Virus record (IMG/VR): IMGVR_UViG_3300044676_003660
Span: 1 to 24,431 of that record
Length of the DNA: 24,431 nt
From: a virus
Lineage: Duplodnaviria > Caudoviricetes
Reading direction: 5' to 3' (one strand)
The translations under genes were made by a program, and so were the position numbers. The notes beneath the pieces were generated by a model that worked only from the letters and a program-made list of their open reading frames with translations, ran no database searches and was not told the DNA's origin. Of the stretch, positions 16,706-24,278 are shown one piece after another (the first letter of the stretch is position 1; each line of letters opens with the position of its first letter).

Positions 16706-16827
16706 TTGACTGCTTTCTTGATTCGCTTGATCCAATCAGAGGGTCGTTCTTTGGGTTGAATGTCGTTCTCGTTGCCAGCTTTGCGCAACTGAATTTCGTC
16801 GACAAGTTCAAGCTTGTGTTTGGGCAT
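16702..16827 (-). CDS. Small hypothetical protein (41 aa)
   Basis: SD GAAAGGA; MPKHKLELVDEIQLRKAGNENDIQPKERPSDWIKRIKKAVK; ATGA coupling downstream. Confidence 0.55.
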   Translation of the reverse strand: MPKHKLELVDEIQLRKAGNENDIQPKERPSDWIKRIKKAVK

Positions 16828-16839
16828 TGATTTCCTTTC

Positions 16840-17763
16840 CTACGACACAGACCCAGACGCTTTGGCAAGCATCCTGTCTAGCTGTGGTCGTCCTCGGTCT
16901 GCACGATGGTCCCACTTAGGGGCGTGTTGATCGTGTGCTTCGTACAGAAACTCTTGTGCTTCTGACAGTGTCAGGTCACACTTGGTTAGTTCTCGGCTGA
17001 AAGCCCACAGCCATTCGGATCGGTCGTCTTGACGTCCGCAGCCTTGGGTGTACATGTGCCATGCCAGCCCAGACATACGTCGCCGTGCCGACTTGGCACG
17101 GCTGATCGTGCCGCTGCCGAAACTCTTGGCTGTGACTAGCTGCGGTGCTTTGTACAGCGCTGCAAGCGGCTCCAAAGCTGGTGCTCCTACAGCGGTGGCT
17201 TCTGCGGCTGTAACGAACTCGTCGACGGTGTGGTCTAAGACCATGCGGCGGTGTTCATCGGCTCCTGGGTTGTCGCCTGGGTAGGGCAGGCGCACGTAGT
17301 TGCCGACGGAGCCGTCTGCCAGCGTCGATTGTTTCGGGTTGATCTCACGAGTCGGTGCCTGGGCGATCTGTGCGGCTGCTAGGAGAGCGTGCCGCATTAG
17401 CTGTGCGGGGACCCAGTCTTGGGCGAACACCCACACGTGGTAGCCCTTAGAGCGTGACCGTTCGATCCATCCTGTGACGTTGAACTTTCTCAGGACAGTC
17501 ACCAAGTTGCGTGCGTGAATCAGCGACGCTTCTTCGCCTTCGTCTACGTCGATGCATCCCCAATGGACAACGAACCCTGTCGGGGTTTGAACCATCGGGT
17601 AAACGCCTGCCTGCGGACCGCCGTCTAGGTGCTGCTGTATCTGGTCAACCCACCATTCCATGTGGCCTGTCAGGTCTTTGTGGGGGCTGCGTTCGCAGCC
17701 GCCTTGCTCTGTTCCGACAACGGCAGGGTTGCCTTGGAACAGGTTCATAAATGTGTGTGACAT
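16840..17763 (-). CDS. Archaeo-eukaryotic primase (AEP/prim-pol) with helical C-terminal domain
   Basis: WGCIDVD (motif I), ERSRSKGYHVWVF (motif II), EINPKQ...GNYVRLPY, C-terminal DRS PriCT-like region; adjacent to the helicase. Confidence 0.85.
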   Translation of the reverse strand: MSHTFMNLFQGNPAVVGTEQGGCERSPHKDLTGHMEWWVDQIQQHLDGGPQAGVYPMVQTPTGFVVHWGCIDVDEGEEASLIHARNLVTVLRKFNVTGWIERSRSKGYHVWVFAQDWVPAQLMRHALLAAAQIAQAPTREINPKQSTLADGSVGNYVRLPYPGDNPGADEHRRMVLDHTVDEFVTAAEATAVGAPALEPLAALYKAPQLVTAKSFGSGTISRAKSARRRMSGLAWHMYTQGCGRQDDRSEWLWAFSRELTKCDLTLSEAQEFLYEAHDQHAPKWDHRADRGRPQLDRMLAKASGSVS

Positions 17764-17770
17764 GTCCCCC

Positions 17771-18868
17771 CTAGAACATGGGTCGATCGGCGCCCTCTGG
17801 TGGCTTGATGGCTGCGACTTCGGCTTTCAGAGCCTCCATCGCTGCAGCGTTGTGCTCGGCTCGGGACTGAGTCGGGCCTGCTCCGTCATCCACGCGCACG
17901 TAACGATCGCTTTCTTGCATGGGCCTGATCGCTCCTGTTTCAGAAGCAATGTGCAAATCAACATAACCCGTCTTCGACGGTGGCCGTTTGTTCTTCACGA
18001 TGCCAACGGTGATGCTGTTCTGTTCTGCTTCTCGTTCGAAAGCGTCCAGCGATTCGTCTTGGCATTTACGAAACACTTCAACCACGTAGGTCGCTTCGTT
18101 CTCGCCGCCGTACCGCATCCCGTCCATGCCTTTGGCCTGTCCACGTTCGCCTCGCTTGCCTTGATGCAGGCAGACAATGGGCCGCTTCGTGCCCTTGGCG
18201 AACCGTTTCAGTTCCTGAACTTTCCAAGTGACACCGTCGTGGTCGGCGTCGCCTGGGATCAGTTCCAGATAGTCGATGAAGACCCCCTGTGTAGGCGCCT
18301 CCCAATACTGCTCGCACTCCATGACAGCTTTGCGCATGTCGTTGAAGTCAAGCCCGTCGTCAATGACGACGAGGTTAGGGAAGTCGTCTGCGGCGACAGT
18401 CCTGAGCAGTTCGATCATGTCGCTGTCGCCAGCCTTGATCGCCTGTTCCACGTTCTCAGGGTTCAAGCCTCGCATAATCGCTGCGAGTTTCATCAGGATC
18501 AGTTCTGCCATCTCGTCGGGCGTGAACAGGATAAACCGCCCGTGTGCGTTGTTGCAGATGGCTTGCATGACTAGCTGTGTCTTGCCGCTGTGAGCGCGGC
18601 CTGTGACAAAGCACAGGTCGCCGTCACCGACGCCTCGCATCATCAAATCCAGATCTCTGATGCCCCACATCAGGCGTCCTTCGGTGTTCTGGAGTGCGTC
18701 AACCAGCGGGTCGACAGCAGAGTTCAGGTGACGAACGAATCTCCACTCGGGAGCAGACGCAGAGGGAAGGAGAACCTCTGCATCTGCTCCCGTGCCATGG
18801 GAGGTGGTCTGTGCCGCTTCTATTGCGGCGTCAATTGAGTCGTCGTCTAAGAGTCGTGGCAAAGCCAT
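17771..18868 (-). CDS. DnaB-like (SF4) replicative helicase
   Basis: Walker A GRAHSGKT, DEM, Walker B FIDYLELI, LHQ, RYGGE, VKNKR; SD GGAGG. Confidence 0.9.
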   Translation of the reverse strand: MALPRLLDDDSIDAAIEAAQTTSHGTGADAEVLLPSASAPEWRFVRHLNSAVDPLVDALQNTEGRLMWGIRDLDLMMRGVGDGDLCFVTGRAHSGKTQLVMQAICNNAHGRFILFTPDEMAELILMKLAAIMRGLNPENVEQAIKAGDSDMIELLRTVAADDFPNLVVIDDGLDFNDMRKAVMECEQYWEAPTQGVFIDYLELIPGDADHDGVTWKVQELKRFAKGTKRPIVCLHQGKRGERGQAKGMDGMRYGGENEATYVVEVFRKCQDESLDAFEREAEQNSITVGIVKNKRPPSKTGYVDLHIASETGAIRPMQESDRYVRVDDGAGPTQSRAEHNAAAMEALKAEVAAIKPPEGADRPMF

Positions 18869-18892
18869 CTATAGCCTCCCGTGGCGTTTGGT

Positions 18893-18937
18893 TGGGACAG
18901 AAGGCAACGGCGGGGGGGCTTGTTGCCCTCTGTCCCA
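18893..18937 (-). promoter_or_regulatory. 16-bp RNA hairpin between the SSB-like and helicase genes
   Basis: Minus strand TGGGACAGAGGGCAAC...GTTGCCTTCTGTCCCA with one G-U pair; no U tract. Confidence 0.55.
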
Positions 18938-18950
18938 GATCGTGGACGGT

Positions 18951-19442
18951 TTACAGCCAGACAGCCAGGCCCGATTCCTTGTGCTTCATGTCGGGGCTGT
19001 TGGCCTTGTACTCGCCAGCCGCCTTCTTCGGACGGTTGTCCCAAAACTCGTCGGGGGCCGCCTGGTAGCGGGCGATGCCCCACGCCTTGTTCGCAGCCTT
19101 CTCGGCCTTGTCTCGCGTGTCTGCAGAATGCGGCGGCATGGCCGACACGGCTGTGGCAGCCGCTGAAGCAATGTTCTGTGCGCCTGGGAAAGCGTCGTGA
19201 ACAACGTTCGCAAAGTCTTCAGTAGTGCCATCAGGGTACGTCGGCTGATTCGGCACAGCATGCAGCTGAACTTCAGGCCGTCCGCCGTCATCAGTGATCC
19301 GCCACACAACGGATTCGATGTAGGCCGCTGCTTCTGCTAGCGGCTTGTCTGTCTTGCCAGCGACGATCATGTCGATGGCCCCCTTGACCGCAACCTGTGC
19401 GACGATCAACTGGTCTTTCGGGCTGTAGTCAGCCTTGCTCAT
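18951..19442 (-). CDS. Putative single-stranded DNA-binding protein with C-terminal PDF-like motif
   Basis: Located between exonuclease and helicase; SD AGGAGG; C-terminal FWDNRPKK...NSPDMKHKESGLAVWL. Confidence 0.6.
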   Translation of the reverse strand: MSKADYSPKDQLIVAQVAVKGAIDMIVAGKTDKPLAEAAAYIESVVWRITDDGGRPEVQLHAVPNQPTYPDGTTEDFANVVHDAFPGAQNIASAAATAVSAMPPHSADTRDKAEKAANKAWGIARYQAAPDEFWDNRPKKAAGEYKANSPDMKHKESGLAVWL

Positions 19443-19496
19443 ATGCCCTCCTGGGCGTCAGGTGGGGGACTCTGTCTTGCCCCCACTCGGGTTTCT

Positions 19497-19530
19497 AATG
19501 TAGCCGCACGCTTGCACGTGCGTACAATCA
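19497..19530 (-). promoter_or_regulatory. Putative promoter/operator, copy 1
   Basis: Minus strand TGATTGTACGCACGTGCAAG-cgtgcggc-TACATT upstream of the SSB-like gene; 17/20 identical to 23358-23377. Confidence 0.6.
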
Positions 19531-20388
19531 TCCGATGTGTTGGCCTTTGCAGGTGTCCCAAGCGGGACACCACTTTTGGCTGCACAGAGCGTGCTGGTCG
19601 TTCTTAGGCCACGGTTCTTCGACACCGACTCGTTCCCGCATGACGAGGAATGAGCGTAGCTGCTCAAGCAGCCACGCAGCATGAGCGTGTGTGCGGGTTG
19701 TGCTGAAAGTTTCTGCGATCGGCTGTGGCGACTTCGTCACCACAGCGAACGTGAACGGAATTTCCCATTGATCTCCACCCCAGAAGATCTGTAGAGCTTT
19801 GGCTTCGCCGTGGGCGTCTACGAGATCCTGCATGCGTGCGGCTGTGGCGTAGAACGTGGGCTGAACGTACCAGCGGTCGATCTCCCAATTCACGTAGCGG
19901 TCTAGGCGTGCGGCTGTCTTCCAGTCCCACAGACGCCCGTGGCAGTCACGTGCGTCCCACGTGCCCGATAGGCGGATGCTGCCGTCAGGGGCTAGCGGCA
20001 CGTCGAAGCTACGTTCAATTTCCGTTGCAGTCACAGGAGGGACGTGCGGAACAACTGAAATATCCAGCCGATCCGCACATCCTTCCAGTTTGCTTCGCAA
20101 CGTGTCATCGCCTTTGATCTGCACACGCTGAAAGTCACCAGCTTCCAGCCTTGTGTCCAGCCAAGCCATAGCATCGTGCAAAGCTTCCCCATGGCTCAGC
20201 CCGTGCAGGCGCCCCTCCATGTATTCATGGACCGCTGTGCCTAGCACGGTTGCGTCTGAGTCGGGATCATCCCAGGCGGGGTCGAACGCAGAGCGTCGAC
20301 CCCGCTCGGGGCATAACAAGAAGTTCTTCGCCCACGACTGGCGAAAAGTGTGAGCAGACTTCACGTCAGAACCGCTTGCCTCGCGCAA
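19528..20388 (-). CDS. Cas4/RecB-like PD-(D/E)XK exonuclease with 4-Cys Fe-S motif (start may be the GTG at 20364)
   Basis: CP...GTAVH..E, IERSF, GTWD, DWKT, Q..FY, C-terminal CSQKWCPAWDTC. Confidence 0.85.
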   Translation of the reverse strand: MREASGSDVKSAHTFRQSWAKNFLLCPERGRRSAFDPAWDDPDSDATVLGTAVHEYMEGRLHGLSHGEALHDAMAWLDTRLEAGDFQRVQIKGDDTLRSKLEGCADRLDISVVPHVPPVTATEIERSFDVPLAPDGSIRLSGTWDARDCHGRLWDWKTAARLDRYVNWEIDRWYVQPTFYATAARMQDLVDAHGEAKALQIFWGGDQWEIPFTFAVVTKSPQPIAETFSTTRTHAHAAWLLEQLRSFLVMRERVGVEEPWPKNDQHALCSQKWCPAWDTCKGQHIG

Positions 20389-20881
20389 GGCGTGTGCGCT
20401 CTGTGTTCACGGCATCTTCCCCGCCGTTGCGGTGCAGGTGCTGGTAGAAAGCCCATGTCGTGCCATCGTAGCCGAGAACTACAAGATGGTCGTACACAGC
20501 CTTCTTTGTCAGGTGCGTGTTCTGCCTCCAGACGGCTTCGCCGTAGGCGCAGTACATGCGTCTTACCTGTGTGACGCTCAACCCTCGGGGCCGATACGAG
20601 ACGCCTTTGTCATCCCGTATCCGCAGGTTGTCCAGCAATTCTTGCATCGCATCGTACTTCTGCATGTCTTCGGGCCATTCGAAGAACTTGTCCATCACGT
20701 CGACAAGATCTTTCAGGTGAACCTGAGACTCCAGATAGTCGAGCAACGGCAGTTCTTCGGGGACACGGTAGACCCCCCTCGCAACAGGCGTAGGCTTGTC
20801 GATAACGACATCGTCCAAGTCTGTGCGAGGACCGCCTGCGAGAGCGTCGGCCAGAGGCACGTTGTCCATGTAGCCCATCAC
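20366..20881 (-). CDS. Hypothetical protein, possible C-terminal HTH
   Basis: 171 aa with GTGA overlap; TKKAVYDHL..LGYDGT..AFYQHL looks HTH-like. Confidence 0.6.
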   Translation of the reverse strand: MMGYMDNVPLADALAGGPRTDLDDVVIDKPTPVARGVYRVPEELPLLDYLESQVHLKDLVDVMDKFFEWPEDMQKYDAMQELLDNLRIRDDKGVSYRPRGLSVTQVRRMYCAYGEAVWRQNTHLTKKAVYDHLVVLGYDGTTWAFYQHLHRNGGEDAVNTERTRLARGKRF

Positions 20882-21075
20882 CTGCTCCGCTCTGTGTGCA
20901 TGTCCTGTGCGTAGCGACGTGCATCCATGTGCGCTGTTTCGCCTTTGAAACGCCTCATCGGCTTGCCAGTCGGCAAGTAGCGAACGATAGCGAGGCAGCC
21001 GTCGTCAGTTGTTTCTACTTCGTAGTCACCGATGGCGTAATCAAAAGTCATGCCCACTGTGTGGTCGCCCTTCAT
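20878..21075 (-). CDS. Hypothetical protein (65 aa)
   Basis: Strong SD AGGAGG; coupled to genes on both sides; FKGETAHMDARRYA motif. Confidence 0.7.
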   Translation of the reverse strand: MKGDHTVGMTFDYAIGDYEVETTDDGCLAIVRYLPTGKPMRRFKGETAHMDARRYAQDMHTERSR

Positions 21076-21203
21076 TTTTCCTCCTGTATGTGTTTGATGC
21101 CACGCAACAGCTGCGTCGCTCCTGCGCCGTAGACGCCTCGTGCACGATTGACTCGTGCTTGTCGGGCTACTCGGTCGATCTCTGTTTCAGTGTTGACGGC
21201 CAT
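21072..21203 (-). CDS. Small hypothetical protein (43 aa)
   Basis: MAVNTETEIDRVARQARVNRARG...; ATGA overlap with the next gene. Confidence 0.45.
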   Translation of the reverse strand: MAVNTETEIDRVARQARVNRARGVYGAGATQLLRGIKHIQEEK

Positions 21204-21441
21204 GTGGGTTCCAATCTCTGTAATCATCGGGCAGCAAAGGCTGCTCGTGTAGTTCGTCTTCTTCTTTGAAAAGGTGGCACTTCGTGCCGTTCTGGTAGAA
21301 GTTCGGTTGCCATACTTGCCAGAACGCATCTGCTTCTGCTTGCTTTCGTTTCTCCCGATCGTAGAGCTTGGCTATGACAAGAATGCCTATGGAAGTAATC
21401 CACAGGATGAATGCGTAGAACGTTGAGATCCACATGTCCAT
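21187..21441 (-). CDS. Hypothetical membrane-anchored protein
   Basis: N-terminal hydrophobic helix followed by a basic stretch; TGATG coupling. Confidence 0.55.
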   Translation of the reverse strand: MDMWISTFYAFILWITSIGILVIAKLYDREKRKQAEADAFWQVWQPNFYQNGTKCHLFKEEDELHEQPLLPDDYRDWNPHGRQH

Positions 21442-21737
21442 CAGCCGACCAGCCCCATGCGTGTCTGCATATTGTCGGGATCTTCAGCGTGTGTGGAGAT
21501 CCAGAACGTCAGGCGGTTCTCGGGGGTGCCCATGTAGTAGCACTGCGGAACCCGCAGCCCTCTGTCTATGTGCCACTTGCGCAGTTTGACGACACCATCG
21601 CAGATGTCGGTGATCGGGAACACGATCTCCTGAGAGCCTTGCTCTCCATTGTCGATGAACAGGGCGAGATAATCCTCGCCTGTGACTTCGTCAACGTCGA
21701 CCGAGATCGTCGCTGATGTTTCTATTCGTGGCTGCAT
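21441..21737 (-). CDS. Hypothetical protein (98 aa)
   Basis: ATG at 21737 preceded by CACATACAGGAAGGAAG. Confidence 0.6.
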   Translation of the reverse strand: MQPRIETSATISVDVDEVTGEDYLALFIDNGEQGSQEIVFPITDICDGVVKLRKWHIDRGLRVPQCYYMGTPENRLTFWISTHAEDPDNMQTRMGLVG

Positions 21738-21930
21738 TGCAGCTTCCTTCCTGTATGTGATTGCCGTGCCATCTTCCCCGATTCGCTTTCCCGACGGCCT
21801 GCAGGACTTCTGCGAGGGTCTGCTCTGACGGGGTGCAGCTACCGCTGCTCCTGTGTATGTGCATGTATCTCCTAACTTGCTGACATCAACCAACCCGCCG
21901 CCCCCAAAGGGGCGACGGACTGAGTGTCGC

Positions 21931-22122
21931 CTACAAGTCCCGTGTGTGAAGCAGAGGCTTCGGTGCGGGCTGGACAGCTACGCTCGTCAAGTAATAGTTG
22001 CGAGCGTCGATGTTCTGGAAAGCCCGCAGAAGATCTTCTGCGACGTCTTCCAGCGCATCCAGATAGGCGTTCTTATCTGGAGGCAAACCCTCTTTGAGGT
22101 GAACGTTGACTACAAGACGCAT
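21931..22122 (-). CDS. Hypothetical protein (63 aa)
   Basis: ATG at 22122 with SD GAAAGGG; flanked by hairpins. Confidence 0.6.
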   Translation of the reverse strand: MRLVVNVHLKEGLPPDKNAYLDALEDVAEDLLRAFQNIDARNYYLTSVAVQPAPKPLLHTRDL

Positions 22123-22142
22123 GTGCGCCCCTTTCTGTGTGG

Positions 22143-22176
22143 GTATGTACGGGGGACCGTAGCCCCCCACACACAC
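22143..22176 (-). promoter_or_regulatory. 15-bp hairpin with C(UACG)G tetraloop
   Basis: Minus strand GTGTGTGTGGGGGGC-TACG-GTCCCCCGTACATAC; fully paired only with G-U wobbles on this strand. Confidence 0.65.
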
Positions 22177-22181
22177 AGCCG

Positions 22182-23168
22182 TCATATCTTCGACAGGATG
22201 CTGGCAGCCTTGTTGGTCAACGGGAACCGTGCCTGCGCCCACGCCTTGGCTTGGGCCGTCTGCTTGTCACGACGGGTGGCGTCCTTGCCGTGGCCCTGGT
22301 GCCACAGCTCCCACTCGTTGACCGTCTGCAGGAAGTGCCACGCCGTCTCCTGCGAGCCGATGGTCGGCCCGTCGAAGATGTTGCGGACTTCTGCACGCCG
22401 CTGCATCCAGTTGTTGCGGACACGGTCGGACGCATCAGCGTCGGGCTTCGGCAGGATCTGTGGCAGCACCTCGTCACCGAACGTCGCACGGGTGACGTGC
22501 TTGTCCATGAGGTCGGCAGCCCACTGGTCGAACTCGTCGAAGGCTGTGTACGTTTCGACCAGAGCCAGCTTCGCTTCGTGCAAGCGATCCTGTGCTCCGC
22601 TGCGGTGCTGGATGCTGTGGAACAGCTCACCGCCGCTCTGTGCGATGCGCAGAGTGTTCTCGCACACCACACGAATGTTGACGCCCTCGATACGGAACGA
22701 GCCGCTGCCGTGCCAGGTGCTGATCAGCAGCCAGCGGTGCATGGCTTCGTCTGTGCCGTCGAAGCGGGGCGACTCGCCCAGGTCCGACAGCATCCAGACG
22801 AACTTGCCGTCCCACATCTGACCGCACGTCTGGACGTTCAGGTCCAGCGTGTCTGTGATGTCGGCCAGCTCTGCGTTCTGCAGTACTTCGTACTTCGGTG
22901 ACACCACGGAGATGTCACGCCCGTTGGAATCCTGCAGAGCCACATAGCCGTCCAACTGCTGCGTCCGAGACGACGGAGTCGCCTGACCCAGGTACCCTGT
23001 GGTCGGGTTGCTGGCCATCGTGTAGAGCGGCACCTTGGACACAGTCCAGTCGATACCGCCAAGCTGCAGAGCCTCTGCGCCGTCAACGGTGCGGTCGATG
23101 ACCGTGCCGATGCCGTGCCACGGCGTGGTGCCGCTGTTGCTCATCATGGTTTCGGGGATTGCTCCCAT
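22182..23168 (-). CDS. DUF932/DUF945 family phage-plasmid protein
   Basis: PWHGIG...GIDWTVSK.P, VS.KYEVLQN, G..W.GK.VW, WHGSGS, RVVCENTL, QH; ATG at 23168 with SD GGAGG. Confidence 0.85.
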   Translation of the reverse strand: MGAIPETMMSNSGTTPWHGIGTVIDRTVDGAEALQLGGIDWTVSKVPLYTMASNPTTGYLGQATPSSRTQQLDGYVALQDSNGRDISVVSPKYEVLQNAELADITDTLDLNVQTCGQMWDGKFVWMLSDLGESPRFDGTDEAMHRWLLISTWHGSGSFRIEGVNIRVVCENTLRIAQSGGELFHSIQHRSGAQDRLHEAKLALVETYTAFDEFDQWAADLMDKHVTRATFGDEVLPQILPKPDADASDRVRNNWMQRRAEVRNIFDGPTIGSQETAWHFLQTVNEWELWHQGHGKDATRRDKQTAQAKAWAQARFPLTNKAASILSKI

Positions 23169-23174
23169 ATCTGT

Positions 23175-23334
23175 GACCTCCATAGGTCGGTTGTTTGTGT
23201 GTGAAGCTGATTGCTTCTCCCAACACACACACCCTCACGGGCGTGTGTACTGGAAGCAGACATCAACGTTGGCTCCTACACAGAAGCCAGTGTTTGTCAT
23301 TCAATGAGCCGCCCCCTGAAGGGGCGGCGAATGC
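23175..23334 (-). ncRNA. Highly structured leader or candidate ncRNA upstream of the DUF932 gene
   Basis: Four consecutive minus-strand hairpins, including a long stem with a GUGA (GNRA) loop and an SD-sequestering GACCT-ATGG-AGGTC. Confidence 0.4.
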
Positions 23335-23344
23335 CTTGCATTTC

Positions 23345-23377
23345 ATTCTATCGACGCCTTGCACCCTCGTACAATCA
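23345..23377 (-). promoter_or_regulatory. Putative sigma70/HrdB-type promoter/operator, copy 2
   Basis: Minus strand TTGTAC-N18-TAGAAT containing the TTGTAC-N4-GTGCAA imperfect palindrome. Confidence 0.65.
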
Positions 23378-23432
23378 GCGACCACGGCAGGGGCTTCAAG
23401 CCCCCGCCGTCCAGTCGCTGTCTGCAGGAGCC

Positions 23433-23660
23433 TCAGTCCTCCTCTCCCATGTCGGACCAGCAGTCCTCGCACATGTAGGCGCCTCGCACACGCTGGTCGA
23501 TAACGACCTCACGCTGGTTGGGTGTGAGGTCAGGGAAGGCGGTCTGCACAAGCGTGCCCCGCATGTAGTCCTGCAGAGCAGCCGTCGACACCTCGACGGT
23601 CGCTGTGCGTGGATCCTTGTGCCACCTGCAGGTAGCGCTGATGGTTGTGGTCTTGGACAT
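23433..23660 (-). CDS. Small Zn-binding-like early protein
   Basis: CxxH...LVQTAFPDLTPNQRE...CEDCW. Confidence 0.7.
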   Translation of the reverse strand: MSKTTTISATCRWHKDPRTATVEVSTAALQDYMRGTLVQTAFPDLTPNQREVVIDQRVRGAYMCEDCWSDMGEED

Positions 23661-23668
23661 TGTGTGTC

Positions 23669-24002
23669 TCTCTTTCTCTCTGTGTTGTGTGAATCAGGAC
23701 TTAGCTTCGATGAGCTTACGCACACCCAGGTAGCTGCGGTACACGTTGCCGTTGCTGTCTGTGGCGCTGCTGAACTTGGCCGTCGACGAGAACCTGTCGA
23801 ACACGATCTGCACCCAGTCGTCACGGTCGTCGTTGAACGTGATCAGTGCACAGTCGTCGTCGATGTACCTAGCTTTGTGCCCGTTGAGCAGAGCCAGGTT
23901 CATGGTCCGTGAGTGTGAGTGGTAGATGGTCGGGTCCATGGCATTCGGATGCCAGATGTCTGAGTAGATGGTCATGTCTGTATCTCTTTCTCTCTGTGTT
24001 GT
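23669..24002 (-). repeat. 20-nt perfect direct repeat in two consecutive gene leaders (23669-23688 and 23983-24002)
   Basis: Minus strand ACAACACAGAGAGAAAGAGA, 7-8 nt upstream of the ATGs at 23660 and 23975. Confidence 0.85.
23694..23975 (-). CDS. Hypothetical early protein (93 aa)
   Basis: ORF preceded by the shared 20-nt leader. Confidence 0.65.
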   Translation of the reverse strand: MTIYSDIWHPNAMDPTIYHSHSRTMNLALLNGHKARYIDDDCALITFNDDRDDWVQIVFDRFSSTAKFSSATDSNGNVYRSYLGVRKLIEAKS

Positions 24003-24005
24003 CGG

Positions 24006-24278
24006 TCAGATGCTGCGCATGGCTGCGAACCACGCCTCGTCCGAGTCGTACAGCTCGCCACAGCCGTGGCACTTCAGGTGGCCCACAGGGATGTCCCTCT
24101 GTGACTCACGGTACAGACCGCCAGGCAGCGGGCCGTTGCCGTCGCCCCGACCCTCGACGCCCTGGTGTGTGCAGATGCCCTGTGCCTCCAGCGCACGCCG
24201 ACGACGTGCCTCGTAGGCCATCTCTGCCATCTCGATGTCGGCGTCCTGGTAGACAGCCTCTTCGTCGTACCCAAACAT
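24006..24278 (-). CDS. Small Zn-binding-like early protein (90 aa)
   Basis: ATG at 24278 with SD AAGGAG; CTH...CHGCG motifs. Confidence 0.65.
   Translation of the reverse strand: MFGYDEEAVYQDADIEMAEMAYEARRRRALEAQGICTHQGVEGRGDGNGPLPGGLYRESQRDIPVGHLKCHGCGELYDSDEAWFAAMRSI

Noticed and set aside
17660-18574. 304-aa plus-strand ORF (also 21853-22821 and 22137-22901)
   Set aside because: Antisense to clearly recognisable helicase and DUF932 genes.
19528-20388. Cas4-like gene as part of a CRISPR system
   Set aside because: No repeat-spacer array or other cas genes; the context is a phage replication/recombination module.
23169-23432. tRNA or known self-cleaving ribozyme in the structured intergenic region
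   Set aside because: No cloverleaf with a TTCGA arm and no hammerhead CUGANGA/GAAA core found by eye.
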